The notes under the pieces are model-generated. The model was not told the DNA's origin and made no database searches. It saw nothing but the letters and a program-made list of their open reading frames with translations. DNA of 63,947 bases, filler included, from Reticulomyxa filosa (taxonomy: Eukaryota > Protista > Foraminifera), in NCBI GenBank assembly GCA_000512085.1. It is 27 parts of 27 records of this genome, joined end to end, with 100 filler letters (N's around TTAATTAATTAA, not from the genome) between each part and the next. Parts side by side here need not be neighbours in the genome. Positions count along the whole stretch, not along the records: positions 37,661 to 41,691 come from ASPP01009782.1; positions 41,792 to 44,814 come from ASPP01011448.1; positions 44,915 to 47,034 come from ASPP01013169.1; positions 47,135 to 50,724 come from ASPP01020017.1; positions 50,825 to 52,822 come from ASPP01019144.1; 22 more parts are not named here. The stretch is one strand, 5' to 3'. Shown here in pieces: positions 38,917-51,723 of this stretch (the stretch's first letter is position 1; every line of letters starts with the position of its first letter). Position numbers and translations under genes: made by a program.

Positions 38917-40231
38917 ATGGGTGGAGGTGGTTTAGTAATTTTACCAAAAAAATCTTGGAATGTTTGGAACCGTGATAATCGTGAGCGTGTTCGTCGAGAT
39001 GAAGAAAAAAATGCAGCAAAGCAGCGTGCGTTAGGAAAGCGAAGAAAAGAAATGGAAGCAGAGATTCGGTACGAGCGATTAAAAGGAAGGAAGATAACGA
39101 CAGACGAAGAAAACGAAGTGATTGAAAAGCATTTATCCGAATTTGATCCAATCGAATATATCGCACAAGAGCAAGGAAAGTCAGTGGATGAAGTAAAACA
39201 AGAGTACGTAAAGCATGCAAATCTAAGAGATGAGTTTGAATCGAGAAAGCCATTAAAAGACTGCATATCCCGAGCAGAACAACGAATGAATGATCCCTTT
39301 GGACCACCATCCTCCAAACGACGAAAGCTAAATGAACAACACCATCCTCATCATCATCAACAACAACAACAACAACAACAACAAGAAAGACAAGACACAA
39401 ATAACAACCACTTTAGTCTCTTTGTGTCAGGAGCGTCGTCAAAGTCAAATACAGTAAGCGATGATAACATCACAAAACATCCCGACATGGTGACACAAAA
39501 AAAAAAAGAAAAGATCGACGAAAATAAGCCTTTTCAATTAGGTTTGGGATGTTCAAGTTTGGAAAAGACAAAGTCGAGAGACCAACCGTGGTATTTGTTG
39601 CAGAATGACAAAGTTTGTTTTTTTTTTTTTTTTTTTTTGAGTTTATCAAACAATTGATACTTACTATGGGATAAAAACTAACTAAATAAAAAAAAAAAGG
39701 CAAAACAACGTCGATTACTTATGAAATCCAACGGAAGCAATGACAATTTCAAAACCACTGACGAATTAAAACAAAGAAGCAACGCTCAAAAACATTTGGA
39801 AGACCCCTTGGAAGAAATGAATTCATATTTGAAAAAGTCAAAATCTCATTCGGATGATCATGTTTTGTCATCCTCTTCGACCATTCCCATCCAAGGGCAG
39901 GACAAAACAACACAGTCTTCTTCTCAAACCAATGACACCAACTTGTCTGTTGATTTGAGCAATTGCACTCCTTCTTTGCGACACTTGTGGGAAGGAATAC
40001 ACAATTTCAATAAGACTCAACAGCACGCACGTGGCAAAGAAAAAAAACGAAAAAAAAAGCAAAAAACACAAAAAAGAAAAAAAAAAAGAACACGAAAAAA
40101 GAAAAAGGAAAGATAACAAACACATTGAAACAGGTGTTCCAACTAATGATGACAATACACATGTTTCATCCTCTCCTCGTGATAAAATTGTCTCAAAAAC
40201 TAGAAAACGCAAACATTCTGACATTGAGTGA
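38917..40231 (+). CDS. LENG1: LENG1-like (CIR N-terminal domain) nuclear protein; intron 39613-39699; poly-A frameshift near 40050
   Basis: ILPKKSWNVWNRDNRERVRRDEE, FSLF, LG, PWY, DPL..M..YL. Confidence 0.78.
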
Positions 40232-40879
40232 TTTTTTTCTTTTTAAAATCTCTAATTTCTCAAATTTTAACAAATTTTGGGCTTTCATCAAGGAAAAAAA
40301 TACTCCTGTCTGCCATGACTATTTTTTGTTAATGCCACAAACTTGTTAACCTATTTCAAATAAACTCACATTGTTGAAACTTCGATGTCTTTTTTTAATG
40401 ATCAGTTCAGAAATGTTACAGCCTTGTCTTTCATAACTGAATAATTTTTGAAAAATTTCGGGAACATGAAAACTTGCACGAGCTGTAGAAAAATTTAAAT
40501 TAATTAAAACATCCAAAATTGAAAAATGTAGGTATTACAAATAATGACTGACATCTGCCTGTCTTGTTAAAATAATGTAAATTTGAACGTAAATGGTTTG
40601 GTGAAGATGAGCCAACGTTATGAGAAAGCAAAAAAATTAGACTGTCTTGTAGTTTTCTTTTTGCTGTTTAAAACACAAAAAAGACTGGTAAGTTCATCAA
40701 CTTTTTTTAAACAGAAGAACTATTGCAGTGAATGTACATGACAGCAAACAATCAACTCAGTGGAGATACAACAGAGACCAGGTTGTCTAGTAATAATAGC
40801 AACGAATGTTTGCAAAACAGCGGTTGTGACGTTTGCTTCCAAACATCACCTCTGCTTGCATCCTGTCAGCATTGCAATG

Positions 40880-41672
40880 TAAAAGTGCATGCAGTTTAGT
40901 GTGTCATTTTATTGTGGCAGTGGCAATAATGTCGTTCACATTTTTAATGAAGTATTTTGTTGCAAGCTGGGGAAAGTGCCAAAAGCAACACGACATAAAA
41001 AAAATTAGATTATTATTTTTTTTTTTGTAACGGGAACAAAGAACAATGTGTCTGACGTCCAAGTTGAACTAACAAAGGGTGCGACCAAAAACAAATAATG
41101 GAAGGTTTGTATCGGTGAGACTGAACTGAAGCCTGATTGGAAGTGCCAGACTTGTAGATTGCAATACAAGTATTTGCAGTGTGCTCTTTGTCCAAAATTA
41201 AATGGACTCTTCATTGAAACTGACAGTGTTAAGTTTTTTATTTTTTTTATTTTGCTGTCCATTTATTGCAAAACAAAATATCTTGTTTTTTTTTTGAAGG
41301 TTAATTTTTTTTTTTGGTATGTGTGTGTGGGTCAGGGTGGCTATGCGCATTTGTCATGTTGTATGTGGAGCTGTGGAACTGTTGTCAAACACGACGACAA
41401 AAAGGATTTGAAAGCCGATATTTCCAATACTTTGTACGTTTGATTTTTTGTTGTGGATGCAGGGATTTTTTTTTTGATTGGGGTAATAAAGTGTGTAGCA
41501 TTTGTTATTTGGTATGTTATGTGTTTGTAAATGCAAAGATTATTTAAAGGGGAGTGTTCAGTTTGCCACAAAGGAGATGGTGCGCAAGTATATTGTCAGC
41601 TTTGTCCACAGCACTGTCATATCACTTGTGTTTGTGCTGGTGGCTTCACTTTGGAACTGTACCCGCTGCAGG
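40880..41672 (+). pseudogene. PZP (PHD-Zn knuckle-PHD) finger gene, degenerate or partial
   Basis: WKCQTC...CALCPKLNG.F.ET, YAHLSC..W, CSVC..G.G..V.C..C...CHITC...G as in BRPF/JADE/AF10; upstream frames are disrupted. Confidence 0.6.
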
Positions 41673-41808
41673 TTTATTTGTGTTTTTTTTTNNNNNNNNN
41701 NNNNNNNNNNNNNNNNNNNNNNNNNNNNNNNNNNNTTAATTAATTAANNNNNNNNNNNNNNNNNNNNNNNNNNNNNNNNNNNNNNNNNNNNGTTTGTTCC
41801 TCTTTGGT

Positions 41809-41819
41809 CTATTTTATTA

Positions 41820-41887
<68 letters not shown>

Positions 41888-44730
41888 GCTGTTATTATTG
41901 TTATTATTTTTATCAGCACTGTCATTGTCATCCCTTCGGACAATTGCTCCGGCAATCCACCAATGGCCATGAGTATCTCTTGGTCTTCTTTGGGAATGTT
42001 GGACAAGCGTAACTTCATTTGTTTTTCTTGCTCAGTCAGTTTCTTTTGCGGCTGGCGTAGCGCTTCGGCCTCTGCGATTTCGTCGATGCTTTGTTTCGCT
42101 CGAATTATATTGGAGTTGTTGAATCGAGGCGATTTGCGCGGATTGTACACGCCGAACAAGTTGTCCACACTTTCGGTAGGAGTTTCCGTTTCGGACAGAG
42201 GCAAGTCCGGAAGGGCTATATCTTCTTTCTCTTCTTCTTTTTCTCTGTCTTCTTCTTCTTCTTCTTCTTCTCTATCTTTCTCTTCTTTGTTGGCATTGTT
42301 TTTAGTGTTACGCCTTTCGTTTCCATGTCCGTGTTGTTCCTGCTTCAGCTCATGCTCATGCTCATGCTCGTGTTCTTGGTTCAAGTGGAAAAAGTCTTCT
42401 TTCCACTCTTCAAAGTCGTGCATGGGATGATCCATATCTTGGTCGAGTTTCTTTTCGCGCGGGGAGTCAGTATACCGCGTCGCCAGCTGCTGTAGGATGA
42501 ACGCGGGCTGATGCTCCCGGGCACGGATTTGCGTCCAGTCCATTTTCTCGTCGCGGAAGAACTGGTGGTCCATCACGTCCGTCGCCCCTCCTTTTGGCGC
42601 CCAATCGCTTCGACCGGTCTCTTTCCATCAACCTCAATATCAAATCTTGGATTGGGGGATACAAATCCGTTGACTCATTTGTCAACGACTTAAACAGGGA
42701 TTGTCCAATCTCATCTTTTTTTTTTTTTTTATAAAAAATAAATTATATTGCATTATATTACAATTTATGGGGTCAGTGGAAGAAAGATTTATTTATTTTA
42801 TTTTTTTAAAAAAAGGGATTAAATAAATACATAAATACATATATACATATATTTGTATAATACCGTAGCAAATGGATTGGCACACTCTCTCACGGTCTCC
42901 AGTAAAGGGTGGAGTCCCTGTCAAGATGTGGAAGATCAGAACGCCCAACCTCCACCAGTCGGACAAGATGTCATCTTCTCCGGACAGCAGAAACTCGGGA
43001 GGAGCGTAGCACAAAGGGCCAGTACGGTAGATTGTCTTTTCATTCGATTGGGGATCGACAGTGGGCAAGGCGAACCCAAAGTCGGTTAGGATTATATGTG
43101 ATTTGTGTGATATGTATATCGTCTCTGGCGACAAGTTTGGAAACGTCAAGTTGTTCTTGTGCAAGTATTCCTTTTTTTTTTTATTTTTATCATTTGATTG
43201 TTTTCTGGCATAATTGATATATGCATACATATCATATATATATATGTATATATATTTGTATATGTAAACACATGACTCAACCTAAGCCACATACAACTTC
43301 AGCAATCAAAATACGAAGTGACGTCGCGGAGACGGTACGATATAAATGCAAACAATTGGTAAGAGACCCATTGGCCGGACAGTTGTAAGAGGCCCACGCA
43401 TTGTTCGCAGTTTCACCGCGACGTAGTTGTGTGATTATGTATGGATTGATCAGTTTGGACATTGTGTTCATACTCTGATACGCCTATGTGACTCACAAAA
43501 AATCGAGTTTGTTAAAAGTTATTTGATCAATTGCATGTTTTCCCAGAGCTGCATGCAACAACAACAAAAAAAAAAAAATTTTTTTACCAAGTAGAAATTG
43601 GGATCATTTTTTGCAGTGACTTGTAACAAATAAGGAGCGTCACTCAATTCGGTTGTGACAATGGCGACGCGCCCATACAAAGGGACATCGTCGTCTTCGT
43701 CGGGACGATAGTTGATGGTCCATTTGCGCTTTCTTTGGGGATGAGACTGTGAAGCAGTGGCGTTGTGAATGATGGCAAACTCTTCTTGCATTTGGTATCC
43801 TGAAATGTGATCTGGTAACACGTTTTCCATAATCGACAGTCGATTCGTGCGAGTATGTCGTCTCGACTGTCGTTTGCTTTTGGCCTCACTTCCGACGGAT
43901 GACAATCGAAGAGGATCATTCCAAAGATTGGCATGTTCGTTTTCCATCAATATTAATGATGGTGAGTGTACATTATCATTAAGTCGATTACTGGGATTGG
44001 TTAAATTGTTATTGTTATTATTATTATTATTATTATTGTTATTATTATTATTGTTATTATTATTATTGTTATTATTATTATTGTTATTGTTATTATTGTC
44101 ATGATTATCATTATTGTTGTTATCAGTCTCTTTTGGACTATTGCTCTGGTCAAAAGTGACAATACGCCTCCACTCATCTTCACTTGCATTGAAGGAGCCT
44201 TCTGACTTGCTATCATCCGACCTTTCGTCCATATTTTTATTTGAAATATTCATGATCACCTTCATTTGGGCCTTTGCATTTTTTGCGGCCTTAGTGTCTG
44301 ATGTCTGCGGTTGTTTTGAAAACAGCCGCATGAACCGAGAAACACTTCTTTCCCCGCTATTGGCCGTAGATGCAGTCAGTGTTGGACTGGGTTGAACTGG
44401 TTGTTGCAATTGTTGTTGTTGTTGTTGATGATGATGATGATGATGATTACTGTTATGTCTCTTGCTGTTGTCACTCGAAATGCTGCTATTATTGTGAGTG
44501 TTTTTCGTGGCTGAACCGCCAATGCTAAGCAATACGCGTCCAAAGAATCCCTTCCGTGAGTTGCTCGACTCCTCACTAGCAATGCTCTGCTTCGGCGGAT
44601 TCGCCGAGGCATCTGTCTCTTCCAATTTCCAAAATTTTTCTCTTTGCTCTTTTAACATTTCTTGGCGTTCCGACGTCGTGAATTTGCTTATTATCTCTCG
44701 TATGATTGTTACCCATTCCCTTGCTATTGC
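41809..44730 (-). CDS. AGC-type pseudokinase, probably with an N-terminal PH domain (Akt/PKB-like layout), multi-exon
   Basis: LTDFG, YAPPEFL, DWWRLGVLIFHILTGTPPF, DLILRLMERDRSKRLG, HQFF...DW; catalytic loop reads FPNLSPET; REWVTIIREII resembles the last helix of a PH domain. Confidence 0.8.
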
Positions 44731-44772
44731 CTTTTTTTTTGTTTTTGTTTTTTTTGTAAAGTATGCGTTCTT

Positions 44773-44803
<31 letters not shown>

Positions 44804-44989
44804 TTTTTTTAAAANNNNNNNNNNNNNNNNNNNNNNNNNNNNNNNNNNNNNNNNNNNNTTAATTAATTAANNNNNNNNNNNNNNNNNNNNNNNNNNNNNN
44901 NNNNNNNNNNNNNNTTTTTTTTTTTTTTGTTTGTTTGTGGTTCTTCTTCTCCGAACAGGCAAGAAAAGAAAAATAATAAGCCATTCAAA

Positions 44990-45750
44990 ACGAGGTAGAT
45001 AATCCACTCCCAAGCGTCTGTGTAATGGAAAAACCCCATCTGCTTTTGCCACTCTCTATGGCCCGAGGTCACTTTTGCCGCAATCAAGATTTGGATTATC
45101 ACGTCGGTTACGAACACGCCGCCACATACCACCACAACCACTCCGTACAAACGTGTATCCACACCATACTTTCGCGTTGTTTTTTTTGGGTCCTACATTT
45201 ATTTTATGTTGTTTTTTTTTTTTAATTCATGAAAAGGAGGGATAATAATAATAATAATAATGCACCCATTCAACTGTTGTCACATCTGTTTGCGTAATTT
45301 TCAAGTATTTTGTGAAGATTGACGCCGCTATCGAACTACTTTGGACACGATGATGTGGGGCTGCCAATCTCGTGTTTTGATCCTGTTGCGCAATAATTTT
45401 TTTTTTTTTTTTTGCTTGTTCCTTTTATTCAGATACTACTTTGAAATATGCCTCAATCAACACACACACACGTCAAAAAAAAAAAAAAACATCGCAACGA
45501 AATGAAAACCCTTTTTGTTCTTAACGTTGAATTTGCCTTCTGTAATAATTGTTCCGCCAACCAACACATAAATCGAAAATAATGCCATATGGATGATTGA
45601 TACAATCGTTGGTCTCAACGCAATCGAAACCATCCATAGCCACACAAAAACCAAGTCAAAGAAAGCGACTACATTGAGCAAAATTGAAGTCTTCAAGGAT
45701 TGCACAAATGACAGTACTAAATTTTTCAAAGATTGCACAAATGGCATCAC
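44990..45750 (-). CDS. Multi-pass membrane protein N-terminus, Piezo-like
   Basis: IALRPTIVSIIHMALF, then VIIQI...W...MGF, resembling the first Piezo four-TM unit; truncated at the contig end. Confidence 0.4.
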
Positions 45751-46329
45751 GCAACAATAATTTAAAGTTCAAATATTGCAACCAGTGACACTGTTTTGAA
45801 ATACATCCGTCCTTTTTTCAAATTTCGAGAAACTATGACCTTCTCTTAATTAGGTGTAAACAATATTTCACGTAAAAAAACTGAAATCACCAGTTTGCCA
45901 TCTAAAAGTAGCAACTATTCATCATTTGTCAAACATTTTGAAAAAAATTTGGATGTACCATTTTGTCAGCAATTTCTGGCCATTTACCTTATCGCTTATA
46001 TGTTTTGTAAAATGTTTAAAAACTCCAAACGCTGCCTTTTATTCCAAGGATGAAAATTTTTCCATGCATTTCAGTTGCAAAATATAAATTATAGTGTAGA
46101 TATACATTTTTCACAATTTCTCGAATACAGTTGTCAAAACAAGAGGAGGACGCGGTCAAACCAAAAGGGGGCAGTCAAGGAAATCATAATCAAGGCTTTG
46201 GTAACTGTAGTTGATATATTTATCTCATAAGTTTTGTTTCTTGACATGCAAATTCGGCACTTAGAACATTATGTGGCACTTCTTTTTGCTTTATTTTCTG
46301 TCTCGTAGAACTCCTAGAAAAAAAACTCA

Positions 46330-47034
46330 ATGACCCAAATGAAGAACTATTTTGCCTCTTCGAAGTATTTCAAAAATTTTGGAGTTTGTGAAAAGAAATC
46401 TGGCCGAAATGTGTTATATCAAACCAAGCATATAACGGAAGATCAGTTATCTCAGATAAAAAGAGACAATGCACGAATTGTGTTTTTGTTCGGCGATAAT
46501 GAGCAAGATTGTTTGCGAAAGAAGTCACAAGAACAAAGACTTGGGATGGCAGGACAAGCAAGTGTGGCCGGAAAGCCAGGATTTGAGGATGAATTGTGTA
46601 TTGGCGTTATAACCGTGTGGCATTCGGTATGTGATTCAACAATGAAATGTTTGTTTGTGTATTTTTCGGATTTGGTGGGGGGGGGATGACTCCAAGAATT
46701 GTTTTCATATGAAATATTGGTTTATATATATATGTATATATATATATATATATGTGGTATATATGAGAACATAGGACCCCGATATGGCTAAAAAGATTAG
46801 TCTGTGGACACAAACATTTAAGAAATTATTGGAAAAAGTCAAGAATGGGTAAGCTTTATATTTCGAAATCAATATAACTATTTTGTATGTATGTGTATAT
46901 GTGTGTGTGTGATGGACGCAATGATAATCCCGAAGATACACCATTGTTGTCCCGGCACCTTCCAACCAAGACCTGGACAAGCATCGCCAAAAATTCTTTG
47001 GGAAAGTTTTGGCAAACTTGTCCACGAAACACAC
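46330..47034 (+). CDS. Protein with a phage-type FGDN...GxxGQA domain; exons 46330-46626, 46775-46848, 46936-
   Basis: IVFLFGDNE...RLGMAGQASV...IGVIT...GYTIVVP; introns keep the frame. Confidence 0.55.
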
Positions 47035-48059
47035 NNNNNNNNNNNNNNNNNNNNNNNNNNNNNNNNNNNNNNNNNNNNTTAATTAATTAANNNNNNNNNN
47101 NNNNNNNNNNNNNNNNNNNNNNNNNNNNNNNNNNGGGGGGGGGGTAGAAAAAAGGGGAAAAAGTAATTAATAAGATGGGATAAAGAAAAAAAGGTAGTAA
47201 AAAAAAAAAGAAATAAAAAAGTAAGAATAAAAAAGGAAAAAAAAAGTGATAGAAAAAAGAAAAAAAGAAGTGTTTGAAAATAAGAAAGAAAATAAATAAA
47301 AGAGAAAAAAAGAAAATAAATGAAGAAAAATTATAGTTGAATTGTAGTTTTTTAGTTTTTTTTTTAATTAGAAAAAAATGATTGTTATTTGCGAAGATAA
47401 CAACACCAGTTAAGTGTATATCTTTTTGTCATTTGTGTTTGTTAAATATAAACATACATATAACATTATAGAAATTGAATCGTCATATGGACATCACGAC
47501 GACAATGACGACAACACAAAGGTAATGTCAAGGGCAAATGACAACATCAACAAGAACGGGAATGAAGAAAATAATAATAAATTTTGTAAATAATGAAAAT
47601 AAAGATTATTGGACTCGATAATACGCACATGCAAGATGAAATGCAATTAGAAAATGGAAAACCTCAAATGTGTGAAATCAGTATTTGGAGAAGGACTCAT
47701 GCTCAGTGGTATAATACTTCAATTTAAGATTCGTTTTTAATATTTGGTTCAAGGTAATAAAGATATATAAGTGAATTGTTGTTAAGAAGGGCAATGTACG
47801 AGATTCAATGATAACAATACAAATAATAATGCCACCGCTTTTATTATATGCGTTTAATCCAACCGCTATTCTATTGTCTTCAACTTTTGTGCTAATATTG
47901 CCATCTGGAATATATCAATGTAAAGGAATAAATGTTAATTCATTGTTTGCATGTCTACACTCAATTCAATATGATATAATGTTAAAATATTAATAATGCA
48001 CTTCCAACAGACTGTTATTCATGTATATGGAAATTTGAAATAAACTTTATCCAAGTGAA

Positions 48060-50250
48060 AGCGTTAGTGATTATTAATAGTTTGTGCAAAGCACAGTCTG
48101 GCACATAATACGTGTTCGATTGCTGACAATATCTTGACTAAATCGGAAGCAGATGATACTGGCACTGTTCATGATCCATTTGAGCGCATTCGTAATAGTG
48201 CTGCTTATATTGCTTCCTCTCCAAATCGTGTTACTACAGGTAGTCAATATTGAACTTATTAATATGGCCTGCGGACAAATGAATCCAAACAAGGTTCCGC
48301 AATTTTGTGATCGGCTTCACAAATTAGTCAATTGCAAATTTAGAAGTAATTTGCAATTACAATGCCCGTCTTAAAATGTGACCTGTATTACACAGAGAAT
48401 GACAAAGACAACGTGCTATATTTGAAGGTGTATATTATTTTTATCATGTTTTCAGTTGTTGTGATAATGTTTTAATCAAAATAATGTGAACATACCTTTT
48501 CATTTTAGAATGATGTACTTTAGGTTTCGAGCGAAACGAAGAAGATGAAGAAAAGTAGATTAAGAGAAGGAAAAAAGAAAAAGAAAAAAAGCAAACACGT
48601 CGATCAATAGTATTAGTGGCCTATGAATTATATCAAAAACAAGCAATAATGAGTCTTGCAAGGAGTATGGACTTACGGAGAAAAAAGAGACAATACGAAT
48701 ATGGTCAACATAATACATCCATAAAGCGTGTTTAATCAAGACTACGAATGGCTATGGTGCAATACTTTTACTCACTCAATCTGATTTACCAATGTGCCTA
48801 ATTTGATCAAGCATCAGTCGCTGCTTTTCACATGAATTTGTAATTATGCAGTATGTGCTTCAGATGTTGACACATCAAAGATCCATGAAAAAGGTTTCCA
48901 AGATAAAATTGCTATGATTTTCGTGTTTGATTTGGTGGAAAATATTCTGCAATTGGATTGATGATTAGACTGTTTTTTTTCAATGTAAAAAAACTGTTAT
49001 TATCATCATCAAGTAAAATTGGCAGTAAATGATTATGTTCATTGACTCGAATGTATTTGAAAGAAGATTAAAGTTAAAAGAGCATTACCTATGTTTGTAT
49101 TCCTTTCTAGACAATTTGAATTAATGTGTTGTTTTTGCAAGGATTAGAACACGCTAAGTCCAAATGGTGAAACCGACAAAAATGTTGAAGCAAGTATTAC
49201 CTTTCCTGATGAGTAAATCCAGCATCGAATGAATCAATCAAAAATGCACAAGAAATAATTTCTGCGAAAACAAACGGAATGAAGTAGCGACTGAAAAGAT
49301 GTGTCAAACCATTCGTTGGATATCAGAAGACTTTGATTATGAATATCTTCTGTGAATTTTTCTTTATGTCACGAAGTTCACCCATGAGCGATTCAATGAT
49401 ATCGTCCAATTGTTATTCATTCAATTTCACTAATATCCTACAAAATAAATCTGCATACATCAAAATGCATTGTCTGTAGCATTGAAAGACAATACTTGAA
49501 GCTTCTGCTGAAGTGCATAAATACTGTAATAGATCCGATCGCTCTATGTCTTGCTAATCTGCTATTAGTACGTACGCCCAATTATGTTTGAATTATTTAA
49601 TTTGATAGATTTTACACAAGTGGATATTATACTTGGTTCATGTTGTTTTGATTGATACAAACAATTGACCAAATAATAAACAGCAAGCTATTCTTGAAAT
49701 GTCAAATGTGGAAAATATACAGACACAATTGGATGTGATGAATTCATCGATTCCTGTCATTGTAAAAACCCAAATGCATTAATTCGAGACAATTGAGATA
49801 TCACTGAAATAAATTTATGTGGATAATTATATTCAATATTATTCGTTATATTTCACAAGAAATGATCGCCTTCCGATTTCAATCATTCCCGAGCAACTTG
49901 TCACAAATGATCCATTTCCATTTCAAAAATGTAAACATCATTTTTTCATTTGGTGTGTTTTCTATTCCATTCGATTTCCATTTCATATACAATTTTGCAA
50001 GTATCGTGTCATCCCATTTATCACTATTCGATGAAAGTGATTTATCTTGTTTTGCCAAATAACAAAATAATCTCAAATACAAAGAGTCATGACTCAATGA
50101 TTTATCGATGCAATGTACCAACGCAATAGAAACCAAACGACAACTTTCGCAGATTCCTTTTATGAAATACATATAATCACCACAAACCAGTACATATATA
50201 TGAATTAAAATCAACCAAGAAAGAGCTGCTCATTAAGGACCCGAACTTGG
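48060..50250 (-). pseudogene. Heavily decayed HEAT/alpha-solenoid repeat family pseudogene
   Basis: Fragments ILVKLNE*QLDDIIESLMGELRD and ILAKLYMKW; numerous stops. Confidence 0.4.
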
Positions 50251-50456
50251 ATAAAATTGGAGGTATTATATTTTTTTTTTAAAAAAAAAAGGATGGATAA
50301 AATTGTGAATTAATGCCTTGCTTCATTCCCCTCTTCTTCCAGATGAGTTTAAAAAAGAGCATTAAGACGAGAAGACGGACGTGGGGAAGGGCACGAGTGC
50401 GATAAATGGGAAACAAAGCGAGCGCAACTTGACATCGCAGTTGGAAGAGAGTGAAA

Positions 50457-50724
50457 ATGACAATGACAACAATGACGCCAATAGCGACGTTTACACACAA
50501 CGTCTCAAAAGATATAAATTCTCCAACAGGATTATTCCGTGGTAATATCGAAATAAACTTTTACAAATTGACGTTATCAAAGCCATTGACTTGGATGCAA
50601 AGGATCAAAATAGTTAAACAAACAAATATATACATATATGCATATATGCATATATGTATATGTGCATATATATAATATACGTAAATGATCGAATAGGCAA
50701 AAGTGATCCTTATGTGAAACTGTC
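50457..50724 (+). CDS. C2-domain protein N-terminus (partial)
   Basis: First exon ...RGNIEINF..., then after an intron GKSDPYVKL. Confidence 0.65.
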
Positions 50725-50903
50725 NNNNNNNNNNNNNNNNNNNNNNNNNNNNNNNNNNNNNNNNNNNNTTAATTAATTAANNNNNNNNNNNNNNNNNNNN
50801 NNNNNNNNNNNNNNNNNNNNNNNNGAAAAAGATTGAAACAGAAGTTATCCAAAAAACCCAATAAAACATATAACTAAAAACTAACTTCAACTCGTTTCAT
50901 TTT

Positions 50904-51388
50904 GAAAAAATGGCTAATTACGTTTAAGATGTTCAAATAATCAATTGGGTCTGGTGATATCAATACCAATATTATTTTCACTCTATTTAATTGGCTATAT
51001 ATCGTTTCCAATAAAAATATCTTGACTGATGATTCTTTTTGTGAATTGATTGATTATTTTTGCAAAAATTAAGATTTTCGACATAACAGTTGTTCAAAAA
51101 AATTTTCTTGCACGAAATGAAAAACGTTTTTCGGAAAAATAGAGTATGTTTATCAGCAGGATTACTCCCTTGGGTTAAAAAAAAGACCACGAAAAATACA
51201 AAAATTGGAACGCTATTCAAAGTATATAACAAAAGTAATATTTCATCATGAAATACAATTATATTATGTCCTGACGACGAAACGAAACGATATATAGCCA
51301 ATTAAATAGAGTGAAAATAATATTGGTATTGATATCACCAGATCCAATTGATTATTTGAACATCTTAAACGTAATTAGCCATTTTTTC
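50904..51388. mobile_element. MITE/foldback element with 105-bp terminal inverted repeats
   Basis: 50904-51008 and 51284-51388 are reverse complements with one mismatch seen; 275-bp non-coding spacer. Confidence 0.8.
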
Positions 51389-51723
51389 TTGGTTTAAATT
51401 TGAAGTAAATATCTATGCAATACATAGTCATTATTAAAAAACAAAAAATATTGTTAATATTTAGAGTATAACAGTTTGAAAGAAAAAGAGCTAAAATATT
51501 AGAGAAATGCGTTTACACATATTGCAAAACATTTTGAGATATCCAAAAGGATTAGATACTTCTTTTTTCTTTTTGTTGTTGGTAAAAATCAAAAGTAAAC
51601 AAAAAACAAAACTCTTGCTCGTGTTCAAGGTAGGCAGTGCAAGGAGACGGTGAAAATACTGCATGAAAAAAAAGCATAAAATAAAACAAACGGCTTGCAT
51701 AGTAAAAGAATAAACTAAAATAA

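Noticed and set aside
41804-42430. Poly-I/Y/L/S ORFs here and at 43847-44216 and 54203-55060
   Set aside because: Alternate-frame or antisense readings of trinucleotide microsatellites in or beside real genes.
14682-47034. Sirtuin + ART-TPR + phage-type domain read as one NAD+-based gene cluster
   Set aside because: They are on separate, arbitrarily concatenated contigs, so there is no linkage evidence.
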